A stretch of 64,000 bases of DNA from a bacterium (GTDB taxonomy: Bacteria > Zhuqueibacterota > Zhuqueibacteria > Residuimicrobiales > Krinioviventaceae). The DNA lies in NCBI GenBank assembly GCA_963675755.2, contig CAXXMD010000003.1, positions 1,120,001 to 1,184,000 of the forward strand, written 5' to 3'. A program made the translations under genes and the position numbers. Positions 60,595 to 64,000 of the stretch are shown here, in pieces (position 1 is the first letter of the stretch; the number at the start of each line of letters is the position of its first letter). The notes under the pieces are model-generated. The model was not told where the DNA came from, searched no databases, and saw only the letters and a list, made by a program, of their open reading frames with translations.

Positions 60595-62898
60595 ATGAAG
60601 AAAACTTGCATTGTAATTATGAGTTTTTGCTTATTATTAACAATTTCTTGTTTTAATAAAAGCAGCCAAGAATTGGTTTTAAAATACGATAAAAGCGCAG
60701 AACAATGGGAAGAAGCGCTTCCAATTGGTAATGGCAGGATTGGCGCCATGATCTTTGCCGGAACTGAAACAGATCGTATCCAGTTTAATGAAGAGACCCT
60801 TTGGAACGGAGAACCCCACGAATATCAAAATCCTGAAGCAGCAAAATATTTGTCCCGTATACGCAAATTATTGTTCGAAGGAAAGCAGAGACAGGCTGAA
60901 GATTTGGCAATGATACATTTCATGAGCAGTCCTCTGCGTCAAAAAGCATATCAATCCTTTGGTGATTTGTATCTGGAATTTAAAGGTCATGAAAATCCTA
61001 CCCAATATTCAAGAAAGCTTGATCTCAATACAGCCGTAGCCAGTGTTGATTACCAGATCAATGATGTTCAATATCATCGTGAATATATTGCATCAAATCC
61101 TGACCAGGTTATTGCCATTCATCTTTCTGCCAACAAAAAAGGCAAAATCTCTTTCTCCCTGAGCATGGATAGCATTCACCAGCAAAAGCAGATGCAGCCG
61201 GTTTCTGAGAATGAATATATACTCAATGTCAAAGTGGCTGATGGTGTTCTCAAAGGCCAGGCAAGACTCTGGATCCAAAACAATGGTGGTACGCTTTCTA
61301 GCGATAATTCAAAAATCACCGTTGCAAATGCTAATGATGTAACCCTGTATATGGCCATGTATACATCATATAAAAACTATAAAGATGTTTCAAATGATCC
61401 CGAAGCTCTGACTACCAACACTATCAATTCCATAAAAAATACATCCTATTCTACATTAAAATCTGCCCACATCAAGGATTATACAGAATTGTTTAACCGG
61501 GTCACTTTGGATCTTGGTAAAAATGAATCAATGGCATTAACAACAGATCAACGATTAAAACAGTTCAATACTACCTTTGATCCTCAATTGATGACACTCT
61601 ATTTTCAATATGGCCGCTATCTGATGATCTCCAGCAGCAGACCCGGCACCCAACCCGCAAATCTGCAGGGAATCTGGAACTATGAAAACGATCCGTCGTG
61701 GGATAGTAAATGGACAGTGAACATTAATACCGAAATGAATTTCTGGCCGGTTGAAGTTACCGCATTGTCAGAATGTCATGAAGCACTGTTTGAAATGATA
61801 GAAGATCTTGTAGAATCAGGCAGTAAAACTGCCAAAGCCCATTATAACTGCCGGGGCTGGGTATTACATCACAATACCGATATCTGGCGCGGTACTGCTC
61901 CCATCAACCATTCCAATCATGGCATTTGGGTGTCTGGTGGCGCATGGCTTTCTACACACATGTGGGAACATTATCTCTATACTCTCGACAAGCAATTTTT
62001 AAAAGACCGGGCGTATCCGGTAATGAAAGGTGCTGCTACCTTTTTTGTCGATTTTTTGGTCAAAGACCCTGAAACCGGCTGGCTGATCAGCACTCCATCC
62101 AATTCGCCCGAAAACGGGGGACTGGTTGCGGGTCCTACAATGGATCATCAGATCATTCGCTCATTATTTGGCGCGGTTATTCAGGCATCAGAAATTCTAG
62201 AAACCGACAAAGCTTTTGCAGATACATTAAAAACCATGCGCGAACAAATTGCCCCTAACCAAATTGGCAAACATGGTCAATTGCAGGAATGGCTGCAGGA
62301 CATAGATTATCCTGAAAACCACCATCGTCATGTTTCACATCTGTGGGGTGTACATCCCGGCAACGATATCAACGAGTCTACTCCTGAGCTGATGAAAGCG
62401 GCAAAACAATCATTGCTCTTTCGTGGAGATGAGGGTACCGGCTGGAGCCTGGCATGGAAAATCAATTTCTGGGCACGGTTCAAAGACGGCAACCATGCAA
62501 TGTTGTTAATTCGCAGACAACTCACTCCGGAAGCAGATGCCAGAAAGAAAAACGAACGTGGCGGCAGTTATGCCAATCTTTTTGATGCACACCCGCCATT
62601 CCAGATTGACGGAAACTTTGGTTTTACAGCGGGTATTGCAGAGATGCTTATGCAAAGCCATCAGAACAAAATCGATTTATTACCAGCCCTGCCAGATTTA
62701 TTGCCAAACGGTTCAGTGTCCGGATTACGTGCACGCGGAGGCTTTATCGTCAACATGGAATGGAATGCTAACAGATTAAAATCTGTCACGATAGAATCTC
62801 TTCAGGGACAACCCTGTACCGTGAGCTATGGAGATATTTCTACAACACTTGATCTTGAAAAAGGTGAAAAAATTAAACTCGATGCTAATTTACAATAA
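60595..62898 (+). CDS. Alpha-L-fucosidase, GH95 (lipoprotein)
   Basis: LPIGNG.IGAM; YGRYL.ISSSR; NLQGIW; NINTEMN; HRHVSHL; [14 protein letters not shown]. Confidence 0.93.
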   Translation: MKKTCIVIMSFCLLLTISCFNKSSQELVLKYDKSAEQWEEALPIGNGRIGAMIFAGTETDRIQFNEETLWNGEPHEYQNPEAAKYLSRIRKLLFEGKQRQAEDLAMIHFMSSPLRQKAYQSFGDLYLEFKGHENPTQYSRKLDLNTAVASVDYQINDVQYHREYIASNPDQVIAIHLSANKKGKISFSLSMDSIHQQKQMQPVSENEYILNVKVADGVLKGQARLWIQNNGGTLSSDNSKITVANANDVTLYMAMYTSYKNYKDVSNDPEALTTNTINSIKNTSYSTLKSAHIKDYTELFNRVTLDLGKNESMALTTDQRLKQFNTTFDPQLMTLYFQYGRYLMISSSRPGTQPANLQGIWNYENDPSWDSKWTVNINTEMNFWPVEVTALSECHEALFEMIEDLVESGSKTAKAHYNCRGWVLHHNTDIWRGTAPINHSNHGIWVSGGAWLSTHMWEHYLYTLDKQFLKDRAYPVMKGAATFFVDFLVKDPETGWLISTPSNSPENGGLVAGPTMDHQIIRSLFGAVIQASEILETDKAFADTLKTMREQIAPNQIGKHGQLQEWLQDIDYPENHHRHVSHLWGVHPGNDINESTPELMKAAKQSLLFRGDEGTGWSLAWKINFWARFKDGNHAMLLIRRQLTPEADARKKNERGGSYANLFDAHPPFQIDGNFGFTAGIAEMLMQSHQNKIDLLPALPDLLPNGSVSGLRARGGFIVNMEWNANRLKSVTIESLQGQPCTVSYGDISTTLDLEKGEKIKLDANLQ

Positions 62899-62915
62899 CC
62901 ATTCAAAGGACTATT

Positions 62916-64000
62916 ATGTTTAAAAAATTTATTTTGGTTTTGCTGCTTTCCGTGCTTGGGTGCAGCAATATAAACAATACTAAAAAACCTGTAGATTATG
63001 TAAATCCGTTTGTTGACTCTCACAAATCCCGCTGGTTCTTTTTCTCATCAGCAACACGTCCTTTTGGCATGGTAAACCTGAGTCCGGATACTCAGACAGA
63101 AGGCAGTTGGAATTCAGGATACCTCTATGACAGCACCCGTGTACGCTGTTTCAGTCATATTCATGCATGGCAGCTTTCTGGCGTTGCGGTCATGCCGACT
63201 ACCGGTGAATTTAAAGGCCACCTGGGAATGGATGCATATCAATCTTCTTTTTCTCACGATACCGAAATCGCAAAACCCGGTTACCACAAAATCGTATTGG
63301 ATGATTACAACATAACCGCTGAACTGACAGCAACCCAACGCGTAGGGTTCCACAAATACCTGTTCCCGGAATCTGACCAGAGTTATATACTCTTTGATAC
63401 CGGAGCCTACCTTGCTCACAGCCCTACAAGAAAATCTTATGTAGAAAAAATAAGTGATACCGAAATTGAGGGCTGGGCCTTGATGGGCCCAACCCGCCGC
63501 AGACCCAAAGCCACGTTTGTTTATTTTGTCGCAAAAACCAATCAACCCATGCAGGAATTTGGTGGCTGGGAACAAGGTGTTGTTGTAGAAGGCGAGACCA
63601 CTTCTATAGCAGGCCCCAATGCTGGTGCCTTTATGCGCTTTAATACCGAAAAAAATAAACCTGTGCTTCTCAAAGTAGCTATTTCTTATACCAGCATTGA
63701 TGGCGCAAGAAATAATATGAATGCCGAGCTGGACCATTGGGACTTTGACCTTGTGAAATCAGATGCAATAAACGAATGGAACGACTGGCTCAGCCGCATT
63801 GAGGTCAAGGGTGGCACTGAAACCCAAAAGATCAAACTCTATACCGACTTGTGGCATGCCATTCAGGGTCGCAGAATCATCAGCGATGTGGATGGCAAGT
63901 ATTGCGACATGACTGGTGAAAATCCGGTTGTTAAACAAATCCCGTTAAATAGTCAGGGCATTCCCCAACACAATCACTACAATTTTGATGGTTGGTGGGG
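62916..64000 (+). CDS. GH92 alpha-mannosidase-family lipoprotein (runs off the window; absent from the ORF track)
   Basis: aagga RBS; MFKKFILVLLLSVLGC...DYVNPF...PFGMVNLSPDT...SGY...FSHIH. Confidence 0.85.
   Translation, partial: MFKKFILVLLLSVLGCSNINNTKKPVDYVNPFVDSHKSRWFFFSSATRPFGMVNLSPDTQTEGSWNSGYLYDSTRVRCFSHIHAWQLSGVAVMPTTGEFKGHLGMDAYQSSFSHDTEIAKPGYHKIVLDDYNITAELTATQRVGFHKYLFPESDQSYILFDTGAYLAHSPTRKSYVEKISDTEIEGWALMGPTRRRPKATFVYFVAKTNQPMQEFGGWEQGVVVEGETTSIAGPNAGAFMRFNTEKNKPVLLKVAISYTSIDGARNNMNAELDHWDFDLVKSDAINEWNDWLSRIEVKGGTETQKIKLYTDLWHAIQGRRIISDVDGKYCDMTGENPVVKQIPLNSQGIPQHNHYNFDGWW

Noticed and set aside
571-63315. Numerous 60-200-aa overlapping ORFs in the track (e.g. 5933-6493, 51459-52055)
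   Set aside because: They are antisense or out-of-frame shadows of well-supported genes, with no recognisable motifs.
63114-63737. 207-aa minus-strand ORF
   Set aside because: Antisense shadow of the GH92 gene starting at 62916.

Overview
Gene-dense, AT-rich bacterial chromosomal window. Four proteins carry a C-terminal YPNPxN/FlgD-Ig (T9SS-type) sorting domain, and there are many Tat/lipoprotein glycan enzymes. Together these suggest an FCB-related lineage such as KSB1, Calditrichota or Ignavibacteria (inference). Contents: a partial CydA-like protein fused to 8 c-type hemes; two tandem GH78 rhamnosidases; GH33, GH95 and partial GH92 glycosidases; nagA/nagB; esterases; four HisKA_2 (HWE-superfamily) sensor kinases, one with a degenerate ATP-binding domain; a Fur-DUF5320-radical SAM cluster with two Fur boxes; a selenocysteine peroxiredoxin (in-frame UGA plus SECIS-like hairpin, split by the ORF track); and a toxin-first VapC/Phd module. 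The most notable unexplained structure is at 28.7-31.1 kb. There, 9-nt-periodic inverted repeats (aacCACGAAGAACACGAA...) bracket a GxxExxY nuclease-fold gene, bracket an unrelated very AT-rich cargo gene, and also occur as two empty copies. Related repeats flank a secreted-protein gene at 2.6/4.7 kb. This looks like a cassette or mini-element system with no transposase or integrase in view. Second, the selenoprotein gene is enclosed by a perfect 18-bp inverted repeat in its 5' and 3' UTRs. No rRNA, tRNA, CRISPR or transposase was seen.
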